This document shows, in pieces, positions 15,040 to 27,179 of a stretch of 64,000 nt of DNA. The stretch is from assembly GCA_973851085.1 (NCBI GenBank), contig OZ316775.1, positions 8,804,001 to 8,868,000 of the forward strand, read 5' to 3'. The notes under the pieces are model-generated. The model did no database searches, was not told the DNA's origin, and worked only from the letters and a program-made list of their open reading frames with translations. Numbering within the stretch: the first letter of the stretch is position 1; each line of letters begins with the position of its first letter. Both the position numbers and the translations under genes were made by a program. The DNA comes from Ptychomitrium polyphyllum (taxonomy: Eukaryota).

Positions 15040-18000
15040 TCGTAGAAACCATCATTTTCTTCCTGTTATGAACATATTTACAAATTCAGTTTGACGTGCG
15101 CTGCTTTGGTGATACTAATGGTAGATTTTGATTCAGGAGTTGTAGAAATTCATTTTATGGAATGGCGAGGCTCATCTTCAGCACATGAAAACGGTGGCTC
15201 GGGATTCTGCTATGTTTCCAGTTTTTCTTTATAGATGTTCAACTTTCCATCTCAATTTTTTGAAACAAATGAAAGTTTATTTCATTGCTCAGTAAAACAG
15301 AGGAACTCAAACCAGAGCCAGGCACTCGACACCCGAAGATTGATGTTCAATCGTAATGTGAGATGTGCAACGAGATAAGGGCTGGTGAGTGATCTATGTG
15401 TTGACTGTACAAGAATTTACACATTGTTGAATCTCTCTCCCTGGCTTAAACTTTTGATCTGTCTGCGCAGACTCAGCTCGCTTTTACATATGTTTTGCAC
15501 TGTAAAGTCGCACCATCATAGGAATCCATAATAATAGGTGTTGTTATAAGTCAACTTTGGAGTCCTGTATCTCAAGCATTGCATCTCTGATATGAATAGT
15601 GTTCTTGAATTATGATTGCCAACATTCTGATCCCCTGAATTACTCAGTGTTGATTATGATGTAGATATTTCTAACTTACTCTTCTTCACAAACCTCAACT
15701 AGTTAGTTTGCACTCTCTTTACACCTTACATTAACTTTTGAAAAGCGAGAAACTGCAGCTCAACTGGTACCTTTCTACTTTCTGCTTCTTTTCCACCCCT
15801 CAAGCTGCTTTGCTCTTCATAGCTCCGCTCCCTCTCTCGAAGTTGATCTCTATTTTGTTTCACTCGTTCTCCCCCTTTTTCCTCCCTGCTACCCAGTTTC
15901 GGGGTGCAATCTCTCCTTTGCAGAGAAAAGGAGAACTCCATCTCATGCATCTTAAGGTATTGCTTCAAGCAAGTTGCACTTGCGGTATTGTTCAGTTTGA
16001 ATGAGCTCCTTCTCAGTTCTGTGGGTTGGCTCGTGACCTGAATTCACCTACAAGACATCAACTATTATGATCAGACAAATTTATTTTAGTTCTTACTTAC
16101 ATTGTATACTTCTGTATCTCAGAATTTGTAATCACCTTCATAAATACTTGGTGTTAGTTTTGTTTCACTAAACTTGTGATAATTTGTCTCATGGCATATG
16201 ATTTATTGCAACTGTTACTTGCTTATTTCTCCAGCAGCATATTCAACCATGGTTCTTTCAAGAAGACCAATGGTAAATGTGCCGCTCGTTTCATCCAAGT
16301 GATGCAACATGACAGTGACGATGTTGCGAAAGACGATCTTTTCCAGCGGCCATGTGAAGCATGTTCAAAATTTTGTGTTCCAACCAAACAAGGAATACAG
16401 AGGAATCGACTAGTTAAAAAGGTACTTAAACCAAATCTTATCTGGATATGTTCGGAAGTTCTGGAAGAAGGACATGATGCCAGACTTGTGTTGAAACGAA
16501 CTCATGCCCAAATGAGGACCTCTTCCATCGCTACGCTGTCAACTCCAAGAGATGTATCTTGAATGTAATAGAGGTGTTACATTAGGGGGAAGAGGTCTCT
16601 TCAAAACAATTGTCCTATACATCACTTTGTTAAAGGTAGGACAAAAGGAAGAGAGCCACATGATATCCATGGATCAGGAGATTTCAGTCCCAAATAAAGT
16701 ATTGGAAAAATGGAAAGTATAAGGAAAATATTGGATGCACCTTCACAGAGCAAAAGACTTCTTTTTGTTGGTTCTCTTGCTAACAAAGGTTGCTTGGTTC
16801 TAATCTTTGCTTAGAAGAATTGAATCATCAAAACCTCAAACAACATCATCAATACTCGGCAACCACTTCCTTGTGTGAACCAAATGGGAGACATCTGTTT
16901 TGAAGGATTTCCTCTTGTGTGGTAAGCCCTAAAGTTAAGTTTATCAAAAACACACCTTCCGCTCCTCCATTAGATATACAGTCGATTGAAGTTCAACGTA
17001 CCCAGCCAAGTGGCAACCCCTAGGCACCTCAACCCTGAAGAAGCCTGCAAGTGGTATCAGCCAATTGGATCAATCTGTGCACTTTGCTGGCGGTTGGTTC
17101 GCATTCACATGATCAGTTAAACCACATTCCCGTACAAACAGGATTACACCTTCTACTGAATTCAGACATTGTCAAGTTCCATCAATTGAATCGACTGGAG
17201 AATTTTATTGCATTCCTTCCACACAGCTGATAAGGATCGCTTCTCCTGAAGTGTGTACAAGATTCTTCACAAGAATTCATCTCTTCTAGATATGCATAAT
17301 CTCTACATGTTGCAGCGTATGTTTAGATATCTGTTAGTGATTATACACTATTTTCTGATGTTTGCTGTTTCTCTGTGCTGTTGTGCAGAGCTGGAAGTGG
17401 AGCGCTTCCTGAGCTTCAGGATGCTACCAGTGTCCAAGTGCCTGGGATTCAAGTAGAGGGCATCCAGGGATTTACACCTTCCACCGTAGCAGAATGAAGA
17501 TTACTAAATCCTAATTAGAAATGTGTGCATGTGAACTCTCGTGTCCTTGCACGAGCCTGCTGAACGTACTGCTATCATAGAAGAATGATTTGACTTCTCA
17601 AATGCTAGCTGGAGATTTAGTGAAGTACTGAGTTGATGTGGACTTGGGTGATGACTCTTTGTGCAAGATTTAAATAAATCTGTGATGCATTGGAGCTGAA
17701 TAAGTTTCCGTTCTACAGTACATTCATTCGGAATCTCAGAGTTGTTCTAAATAATTAAGGCACCTTCTACATTCTCTAATACCTAGTTCATAAAATCTTT
17801 TTGCATCCGGCTGTAAGTTAGTTTGCATCAAACTCAACTGAGTAAGAGAAAATTCTGTAAATTTTGATGCGACTGAGTTTGGGTTCAACTGGAACAGTCG
17901 TTAATCCTGCTTCCAAACCAAATGGCGAAATTTGTTACTTGGCAGAACTGTTTATCACCTCCGATGGAAGAAGGAATACGAGAGAACAATCTTGTTGCTG

Positions 18001-18253
18001 AATTTGCTCATGTGCAGTTCTGAAAAAAAATACTAATCGGCAGTCTGTACAGTCTGTAATCCCAATCATTTATGCTCGCAAGGGACAGGTCACCAGTAAA
18101 ATGAAAGTGTAGGTTGCGTAGATACTGTACATGTACTGTAGAGTCGACCTCCAAGACGTCATCTGTTCCAAACAACGAAATGACTAAGATTTCTAAATCA
18201 TCGTCACAGCCTCAATAGCGAGTTCTACTGCCCGGCCAACATTACATTCTGCC

Positions 18254-18262
18254 TATATAAAT
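18254..18262 (+). promoter_or_regulatory. TATA box upstream of the U5-like RNA
   Basis: TATATAAAT about 35 nt before the U5-like sequence. Confidence 0.5.
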
Positions 18263-18288
18263 CCAAGTCTCCATCCATTTAGACTATT

Positions 18289-18406
18289 AGACAGCCCGGT
18301 GCTCAGCGTAGAGCGAACTTTATTTTCGCCTCGTAATAAGAATACTGTGCGGTAGGTACACAAACCGCCACATCCCATTTTTTTGGAGTGCCTTTCACAA
18401 GACCCA
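18289..18406 (+). ncRNA. U5: U5 snRNA-like gene (divergent variant or pseudogene)
   Basis: ACAGCC start, AGCGAACTTTATTTTCGCC-TCGTAA-TAAGAATACTGTG (plant U5: AGCGAACUAUUUCUUUCGCC-UUUUAC-UAAAGAAUACCGUG), stem GCGTAG/CTGTGC, and Sm-like ATTTTTTTGG at 18377. Ends approximate. Confidence 0.75.
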
Positions 18407-18723
18407 CCAAATTGAAACAAAAATGCAAGTATAATTTATAACGTCTGTTATATGGATGTGGCTGACAAACACTCATTGAAGTGCAAAATATGCATGTATA
18501 CAGAAGTGAATAACACCATGTCTTACTTGATCTGTCTTGACATGGTCAGGAAAGGATTGTTGAAGATTTGGTATGTTTCTTTCCAATGATACTTATCTTG
18601 AGAATGCTGTATCCTTGACGGCAAGTTCTGGTGAAGGCGACAAGTTCTGCGTAATAACCCATAACCTTTGCACACCAAGTGCTACATGTAGTCCTACAAG
18701 TTCCACGCTCATTGCCAATCACC

Positions 18724-18884
18724 TCACTTACCTGGGCGGGGTCGATCCTTGATCCGGAAGGTGGATGGCCTAGAGAAGTCTGCCCCATTGCACTTCGGGC
18801 CGGGTAACTCTAGTATCTCTCTACGGAGGGCATACACGTCATAATTTGTGGCAGAGGGGGCTCGCGTTCGCGCGGCCCGCACCC
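18724..18884 (+). ncRNA. U1: U1 spliceosomal snRNA
   Basis: ACTTACCTGG splice-site pairing region, stem-loop I with GATCCGGAAG loop, loop II CATTGCAC, stem III with cTACGg tetraloop, Sm site AATTTGTGG, and terminal stem CGCG-TTCG-CGCG; about 160 nt. Confidence 0.95.
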
Positions 18885-19399
18885 AATTTCAAAATTAAAA
18901 CTGCCGAGAAAGGAATCACTAGTGTCATATCTAAAGACCTACGATAAATTTCATTTGTTCAGGAGTGAATTTGAGTAGTGATCATATTCGCATTTGTTTT
19001 CCGACTAACCAGAGGTCTAAATTCCTGTTTTCTTTGATATGTGAAGTGCAGCTGGAACCAGATTTTACATAAACCGAAAGTTTCTCAAGAAATGTATATT
19101 CATCACAATGTTTGCACCAGGTACTGCGAATCACGGTAACTACAAGACCCGAAGAGTTTTTCTCCATGAAACAACGAGACCAAGAATCCTGATCCCACAG
19201 TAACCTGATGTAACATCTTTGTTCAACTTCATGTTTTCAAACAACTAGGCATTCAAGGGAGCAAGCTTTAGATTAAGCTCCGGAAAGCACTTGGAGAAAA
19301 ATCTCAATGCCAAAAACTTCCAGATATAAGATCATTATGTCAAAAAAATTGGTTATTGATAAAAAGTGACAAAACAAGAAATCCTACAAATGAGACACT

Positions 19400-22300
19400 C
19401 TAAGCAAGTCTTGCGTCTTTAAATTCATCTGGGAGTGTACGCGCAGCAAGTAGCTGCTTGGTTCTCTCTAGCACAGCAAAGAAAATGGAACCCCCAATAC
19501 CAATCCACATCACCCTCGGCCCTATGCCCTGCACAGAAAAGTACTCACATACTCAACAAAGTTTCACAGATATAAGTAAAATGGTATGGACAAGCTTCCA
19601 CCTCACACTATGTCATATCTACATCATACCGTGGTTATAGCTAAACTATACAAGTACTTATATGCTTTCAGCAAAGACCTCAATCATACTGATTAAGACT
19701 AAAGCTGTACCTTGAGTAGAGCGCCTGCACCCTCTTCCTTAATGATCTTCGAAACACAATCACCTATACCTTTGTAGTGTCCCTTAGCACCCTGCAAGAT
19801 CGAACAAATACCTCGTCAGCATGTGCTAGATTCAGAATTAAATCGCACAAACCAACAGCAATAGAATGCGTGTAGGTGCCTATCACACTTATCAAGCCTT
19901 ACCGACGACATCACACGCATGTAAGGTTTAAAAGGCTTGCCTGGGTCATGAGACGGGTCTTGATAACATCAAGCGGCGTGGTCACCGCACCTGTAACGGC
20001 ACCTACACAAAGTTCGACTCATCAGCATCCGTAATAAGAGTATATAGAAGTCCAAATTAACGTTGTCCACCACTACCTCGTAACTTACTGCTCAATATCA
20101 CAGTGAAGTGTTGGAAATTCTACTACTGAACTGCCGATTACTTTGTGTTAGGACTACGTCGCTATCTCAGCAACAAATTGTTAACAGAGGGTTTCAAACA
20201 TGAACAACCTCATGGTTGTGATGTACAAGTCAACCTAAAGCTCATTGAAAGTATTCAAGTACAAACCCGTGTTTAAAAGGTACTATGTTTACAAGTCTCT
20301 ACCAGATGTTGCTCCAACAAGAGCAGTCTCCACGTCTAGAAGATCCCTGTTCACCTGTACAAATAACAAATTGCAAGTTCTACTCGATCAACATCTTGGT
20401 CACCTTGAAATGATGCTTCTTCGAACGATTTAGTACATCGAAATCATAACATGGACAGCAAGTCTCACTTTCTAGGTCTCAACAAATATACTGCACTTAG
20501 ATATGCTACAACTTTAGAAAAGCTTCCCACCGAAATACTTACCACTTTCTTCAAGCCTATCCTAAGCTGTTCGTATATGCAAAACTGAATCGCATCAAAT
20601 GGTAAATCACGTAGCAGGAATGATCCAAAACCCTGCACCAGGATAAGTCATTTGAGCTAACAATTAGTCCACATTCTCCCTGGCAATGCTGATATAAAGA
20701 GATATTTTAATGGACAGGAGTACTTGAACCCCTCAAAAGACAGATTAAGGGAAAGATAATGTACCGCATACAGACCGCGCACACCCTCTTTAGCCAAAAT
20801 TTGCCTGACTGCTGAGTGAGCAGAAGGGAATTGACCTGTCTGCATCCTCTGTTTCACAACCTGCAAATTTCACAAATGGACCTTCCTCAACATTGATTAT
20901 TAACAAAGAGCAAAGTAGTCTAAAGCTTCTCTGGTAAACGCATAAAAGAAAGCATTCAAGCCAGGGCATACTTAATCTACCAGAAACATAACGATCTAAA
21001 GCATACCCAAACATTTCCAAACCATATGCACACAAATGTAGACAAACAGGTACATGATGGAAACTGACTATGAACAGGACAGAAAAACCTTCACCTCTGT
21101 CGGTACACGAATCAGAGACGCAGTGGCACCTCCAGCAGCTCCTGCAGTCTGCCACAGAGAGAAGATAACATCAGACGGAAAATTTCTTGGAAAATTGTTC
21201 TTGATTTGTTTATTTGTTGAAACGAATAAAAACTAGAATTTTCCAGCAGTGCCAGGAAAATTAAAAGTAGGGACAGACATCTACACTTGTACCCAGTCTT
21301 ACCAGATGTGCAATAGAGCTCAGGTGGTCAGGGAAGACATTCAGCAGCTTCCTTTTCATTGGTTCATAGACACCCACAAAAATTGCTGAGGCCCTGTAGC
21401 AAAAACGCGTTACAGCATATCAGTTCGGGCAGCATCCTCATCAAATGTTTGTTTAGGAATCCCATATAAATAAGGTTCTCAAAACCTAGATAGAGGATCT
21501 TGGCCATCATTGATCAATCGACCACAGAAGAAGACATACGCCACCTTAAATGATGATATGCTCCTTGTGAAGCCAAATTTTCTGGCTAGTTGCATTCATA
21601 AAGCACAAAGCAGAATAAAGAAAGATAACAGAGCCAAATGGGAGAGTGCGGGAAGTTACGGACGGTAAAACACCAGCAAGGTTGCCTGCAAGACCTGAGT
21701 ACAATCCTTTGAAAACTATCTTTCCACCGGACCTCGCAGCCTGACACCCATTCAAATCACACCCTCCATGAGAACGCCCTGCAGGCAACCTGCAACCGCT
21801 GCCTTGTCTCAACGGAATGTCACAATTGAGGTCTACAATGTAGCTGCAGATTGTGACTTGTGATACAACACCCTTGTAATCCTTAAAGGATAGAATTTGC
21901 AATGCACAGGATAATAGTTTGGCTACTAAAAGCAGTCAAATTGATATTGAAAATAACCTCTGTAACAACTCCAATGATCAACTAATTAAAGGTGAACCAT
22001 TAACCTGTAGACGAGTTTTTATTGTGTCAATTGGATAAAGGGCCGTCTCGACAACAACCCCAGATGTGGCTCCAGCTATTGCTCCTTCTGTTACCAGCAG
22101 TAAAAGCCCCACAAAGCAGCAATCAGACACGACATAACAAATTGCATCAACCAGCGAAGTTCCAAAAGCAATACTGTAAAGCAGAATCTGATGCGTAAGC
22201 GAGCAGAAGAGAACAATTTATTACTTACCAACGAGAATGCGCAAAAAATTAAGGGGTTTTTGAGGAGTCTCAACAACAGAGTTCGCCACAAACAGCAAAG

Positions 22301-22824
22301 ACGGTCTCTGCGCAGAAACACTCCCAGGACCTCGTCTTCTTCTGCCTCTCTTCATGTTGTCATCTGCAATCACACAATTGTAAATCAGCGCCGCTTGGGC
22401 ATGCAACAGCATACATAACCCAGCCTTCAAACGTAAAACCCTACCCTCAGAACCACTAGAAACCAAATCCCAAAGCAAAATACCTGCAAAGTAGTAACCT
22501 CGTCCATGCGAATTCACCTGCATTGTCATTCAAACACCACCTTCATCAAACGCCAGTCAAGAAAATCCAAAAAAAAAAACATGAAAGTCCAGAAGCTACT
22601 CCCAAGAATTCATATCGCGCCATGCTACCAACACAACACAACACAACACAACACAACACAACACAACACAACACAACACAACACAACACATACACAACCA
22701 CCGGCATTCATGACCTCCATACCTGGCTCATCTGATAGACCGCAGGAGCGCCAACAGCACTCCTGGCCTTGCCACTCCTGTCGTCATGGATGTGACTCAT
22801 CCGCAGCATGGACACGGACCCCAT
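19400..22824 (-). CDS. SAMC: Mitochondrial carrier family protein, S-adenosylmethionine carrier (SAMC/SAMT-like); 13 exons
   Basis: Exons 22824-22723, 22517-22484, 22363-22229, 22087-22005, 21740-21664, 21393-21303, 21148-21095, 20860-20765, 20632-20543, 20354-20303, 20002-19941, 19791-19711, 19528-19400 join in frame. Three carrier signatures (PIDTIKTRLQ, PTEVVKQRMQ, PLDVIKTRLM) plus RDLPFDAIQF and GIGPRVMWIGIGGSIFF. The first two exons are less certain. Confidence 0.93.
22629..22690. repeat. (CAACA)n pentanucleotide microsatellite in SAMC intron 1
   Basis: About 12 tandem CAACA units. Confidence 0.95.
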
Positions 22825-24864
22825 CGCTCAAACCCTAGCCTCGCACCCCAGGAACCCCCACAAACCCTACCAAATGATATATCCCCGGCAAGCGCCTAGT
22901 GAGGCCACAACCAGCACTCCTCCGGCGCGATGGCGTGCCACCCGCGTGCTGGAGCGAGGAATGAACTCCTCGCGACGACGCAGCGCCATGGCCCCTGCTT
23001 GCTGGTAGCCATGCGCTGCCATGCCATGCCGGGCCCCCTCTCGAGCGGCCACTGCAGCTCTGGGCCGTTTCTGGCCGTTGGATGAAGATGAGGGTGGCGC
23101 TGCGCCGTCGCTGCAGGGCTTTAGCTGCGAGGCGTCACGGTTCCTCCATTCTACGCACTCTTGGGGGTTGTGGCTTCGAAGTCACACCCTCCAAGCCCCT
23201 TTCTTTCGTCGGCACACCATTGAAGCTTCCTACTTGTTAGTACTGTTTTTTCATGCCATAGGGGTGGGTGGTTCTTTGAGGATGGTTTTAGGCTACGGAG
23301 ATTCTTAGAGGATTGTATTAGGTTATAGATATTTTGTTATCACTCTATCTTTCTTTTGTTATCACTGTATCTTTCTTTTGCAGGAGGAAGGGATGATTCT
23401 TGTTTATTTTAGTAAGGTTTTGTGTTTTAATCTAGTAAAGAATGAATTCTTCAGGTACGACACTTTTTAATACCATAGTTGAAGATTTCTTGAAAGAGAA
23501 TGCATAAAATGTGTACATAGTATAATGAGCAAAAAAATTATTTTGTGTATCCTAGTTTATATTTAAAAAAATTCTTTGCAAAAAGGTTTAATTTTGAAAG
23601 TTATAAATTAATACAAAATGCATCATAAAATGAATTTTCTCATACCATAATTGTGCATATGGATCCTTCAAATTATTTGGAACAAATCAATTAAAATCAA
23701 AAAATTAAATTGATAATTATCAAATGGAAATTTTTGAACTAAAGCCTTAAATATACTTAACATGGAACTCTTGAGCTTTTACTTTTTAAAAAACTTTATT
23801 ATGCTTGCATCTTAAAAAAGATAAAATGAATTATGGTAAATCAAAGTATACAAATGGCAACAAGTGAATTAACTATGAAAGAAGAATAATGATTTGGAAT
23901 TCACTATAGATCTTTTATATTTATTTAAATTTAATATGATAAGAAACAAATAGCTTTTAAAGCTTCCAAATGAAAAATCTGAAGGATATCAATGAGAACC
24001 ATTAAAGAATAAGTTATAAAGTTTAATATGATGTTTTAGTAATACAATAATAAAAAACTTAAGAAGTTCCATTTCATTACAACACACAAGGAAAATTCCA
24101 TATCATATTATCATATATAAAATGACTACAACAAAATCACCATATATTGTAATCTACAATATTTCCAAAAAATCAAAGTAATACGGATTGTCTATGTTAG
24201 TACAATACCTTTAACCAACTTGAAAATCATGGAGTAATTTACACCTTATCAACGAACAATTATTATGGGCAATACTAGTTTGCTGTCCATAGTATATGGT
24301 GATGATAGTGCAGAACCGTTCAGCAGCTCACGCCCAGGTCAAATTCTGTTTAGAATACCACACTTTCCCAGTCTCAAAGTCGCCGTGAGCTCTCCTTTCA
24401 GCAGCAACCATGAGAGGAAGCCGTGCTCTTTGTTGACCCTCCCAAGACTTCAAACCAATCCCTCGCCAGCGCCGATGACATGGCCGCCTCATTCAAACTT
24501 GGTGCGCCTTCAACACAACAAGCATTAACATTCCTGAAATTCATTCCATTACACCACTGTAGAAACCCCAGAGAAGCATTTTCAAAACCGTCACTCCACC
24601 CAAAACCACGATTATCTACCACCGGCCAACATGCAAAGAAGAAGAATCCACAATGGCCGTAGACAGTGACGATTCCAGAAAGAGTACCGCAGTTGGACAC
24701 TCACGCGCGTGATTAGGCAATTTCAGTAATATGGTTCAGAGGTCCCGAAGGATGGGTGAGGGATGAACGAGTGGAATCATTCATCCAGAGTGGGTTCTAG
24801 TGAAGTCGCCTTCACAAGACGTCGGCAAACTGGGAGCTTGTGAGTTGCAGAATTGGCTGGGGCG

Positions 24865-27179
24865 ATGGCGTCCATGGCTGCACGCTGCGCTTCGTCGGCA
24901 CTGCTCGGGGCGCTGGAGCCGCTCTCCACACGCAGTTCGTCTCCCTCGACCGCGCACGCTGTCACAGCTTTTTCCCCTGCCAGAAACGGGCAGGAATTCG
25001 CCTCACAGGTGTCGTTGAGGGGTGCTGCTTGCGTTCGGAGCGCGGTCAGGAATGTGGAGAGTAGAGCAGGAGGGTTGGGCAGGAGTTTAAAGGGAGTGAG
25101 GGCTAGCAACGCAGGAGTGATGGAGAGCGTGCCTCCTGCCACGCGGGAGGATCCTGTCATCGTGGAAGTGGACCTCGGTGATCGAAGTTACCCTATTTAC
25201 ATCGGTGCGGGTTTGCTCGACCGTCCTGAGCTTCTCCAGAAGCACGTCATGGGCAAGAAGGTGAGAAGATGCATTTTTCTTCTAGTATGTGTGGAGTTAG
25301 CTTGAGAGATAATTGGCTTGGAGAATTGGCGCTAGAGTGATCTTGTTACACGATGTGATTATCAAGGCAGAGCGTAGCCAAATCCCACCAATCTTTTCTC
25401 TATGGTTTAGAGAAGTTTCTTGTAGAGGTTGTGAAGTTTCTCTATAGAATAGACCAACCTAATTTGCCATTCGGTAGTGTACAATTTATGATTATGCGGC
25501 TGCTACATATGTTGCAATTCTAGGATAGGCATCAACTACGTCGTATGAGCTCTGGGTTGAGTTCTTGTAGTGGGTAGTGGTTGTTGATGATTTCAGAGGC
25601 ATTCTTAGAACCTTCTAGAGTGAAGTTATTTTCTCGTGGGATAACTTTTGGTGGTAACAATGTGCTCTCAATTATTTGTAGAGTGCTACGTAGGTTCATT
25701 GTTACAAATCTGCGTCAGGGAAATAATAGTACACAGCTGCGTTGATCTATCATGAATAGCCTGTGTGCGCAAATGCACCTCATTTCTTCCTGAAGACTCA
25801 AATGGGGACTCGTGATTCGAAAGTGTGTTACTGCTGCTGGTTTTGAACCGCTAGTGATTCTGATAGGGCATACAGCGCACAGTTGAGTTTGGTGTTCTCT
25901 CATTGAGGTCTGATTCAGGTGAAGTGCATTGCAGGTGCTGATTGTGACAAATGAGACTGTGGCTCCAATATATTTAGACAAGGTGATAGCAGCGTTGAAA
26001 CATGGGGGCTTTGCTGTCGAGATTGACAGCGTGATTCTTCCGGATGGAGAAAAGTACAAAGACGTACCAACATTGACGAAGATCTATGATAAGGCCATAG
26101 AGACACGGATGGACCGGCGATGTACGTTTGTTGCATTGGGAGGCGGAGTTATTGGTGATATGTGTGGTTATGCTGCCGCCTCTTACCTTCGTGGAGTGAA
26201 CTTCATCCAGATTCCCACTACTCTCATGGCTCAGGTAAAATTGAAACTTCTTTTCAACCTGCGAATTATAATCGTTTCTGGTGTATGACGATCTTGTCCT
26301 TCTACTTGACAAGTTTTCATGTGATCTCAGCATATAATCCTGTACAGTGTGAACTTTTATGTTTTGTAATGGAGTGTAGATATGAAGCATATTGTTTACT
26401 GTTCACAGAGTAGGTTTGCAGTGGTTGATTAGGCTTCAGATATCTAGCGTTGGAGAGGAGCATGACATTCATGTGGATGAATTGTGCAGGTAGACTCTTC
26501 AGTTGGTGGAAAGACGGGTATCAACCATCCACTCGGAAAGAACATGATCGGCGCTTTCTATCAACCTCAATGTGTGCTTGTGGACACCGACACTCTCGGC
26601 ACACTTCCTGATAGAGAACTGGCATCTGGGATAGCCGAGGTGACCAAATATGGACTTATTCGCGATGCAGAATTTTTTGAATGGCAAGAAGAGAACATGG
26701 AAGCCTTGCTGAGCAGGGACCCTAAGGCTCTTGCATATGCAGTGAAGAGGTCCTGCGAGAACAAGGCAGAGGTGGTCGCCCTGGACGAAAGGGAAGGAGG
26801 GCTTCGAGCAACTTTGAACCTTGGGCATACATTCGGGCATGCAATTGAGGCGGGTATCGGTTACGGGGGTTGGTTGCACGGTGAAGCAGTCTCAGCAGGG
26901 ACAGTTATGGCTGCTGACATGTCCTTAAGACTGGGATGGATCGATGAGACTCTCTTTAACCGGATTGTCAATCTGCTGATGCGTGCAAACGTACCTATTT
27001 CTCCCCCAGAGTCGATGGATGTGGAGACTTTCAAAAAAATCATGGCTGTTGACAAGAAGGTTGCCGATGGCTTATTGAGGCTCATTCTTCTCAAGGGTCC
27101 TCTTGGTAACTGTGTGTTTACTGGAGAATATGATCGGAAAGCTCTTGACGATACTTTGTCAGCTTTCTGCAAATCCTAA
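24865..27179 (+). CDS. DHQS: 3-dehydroquinate synthase, chloroplastic; 3 exons
   Basis: Exons 24865-25260, 25935-26234, 26490-27179. Ser/Ala/Arg-rich transit peptide, then [64 protein letters not shown] and DKK (AroB family). Confidence 0.97.

Noticed and set aside
15726..17460. ORFs such as 16176-16562 between the NYN gene and the snRNAs
   Set aside because: No recognisable motif or consistent exon chain.
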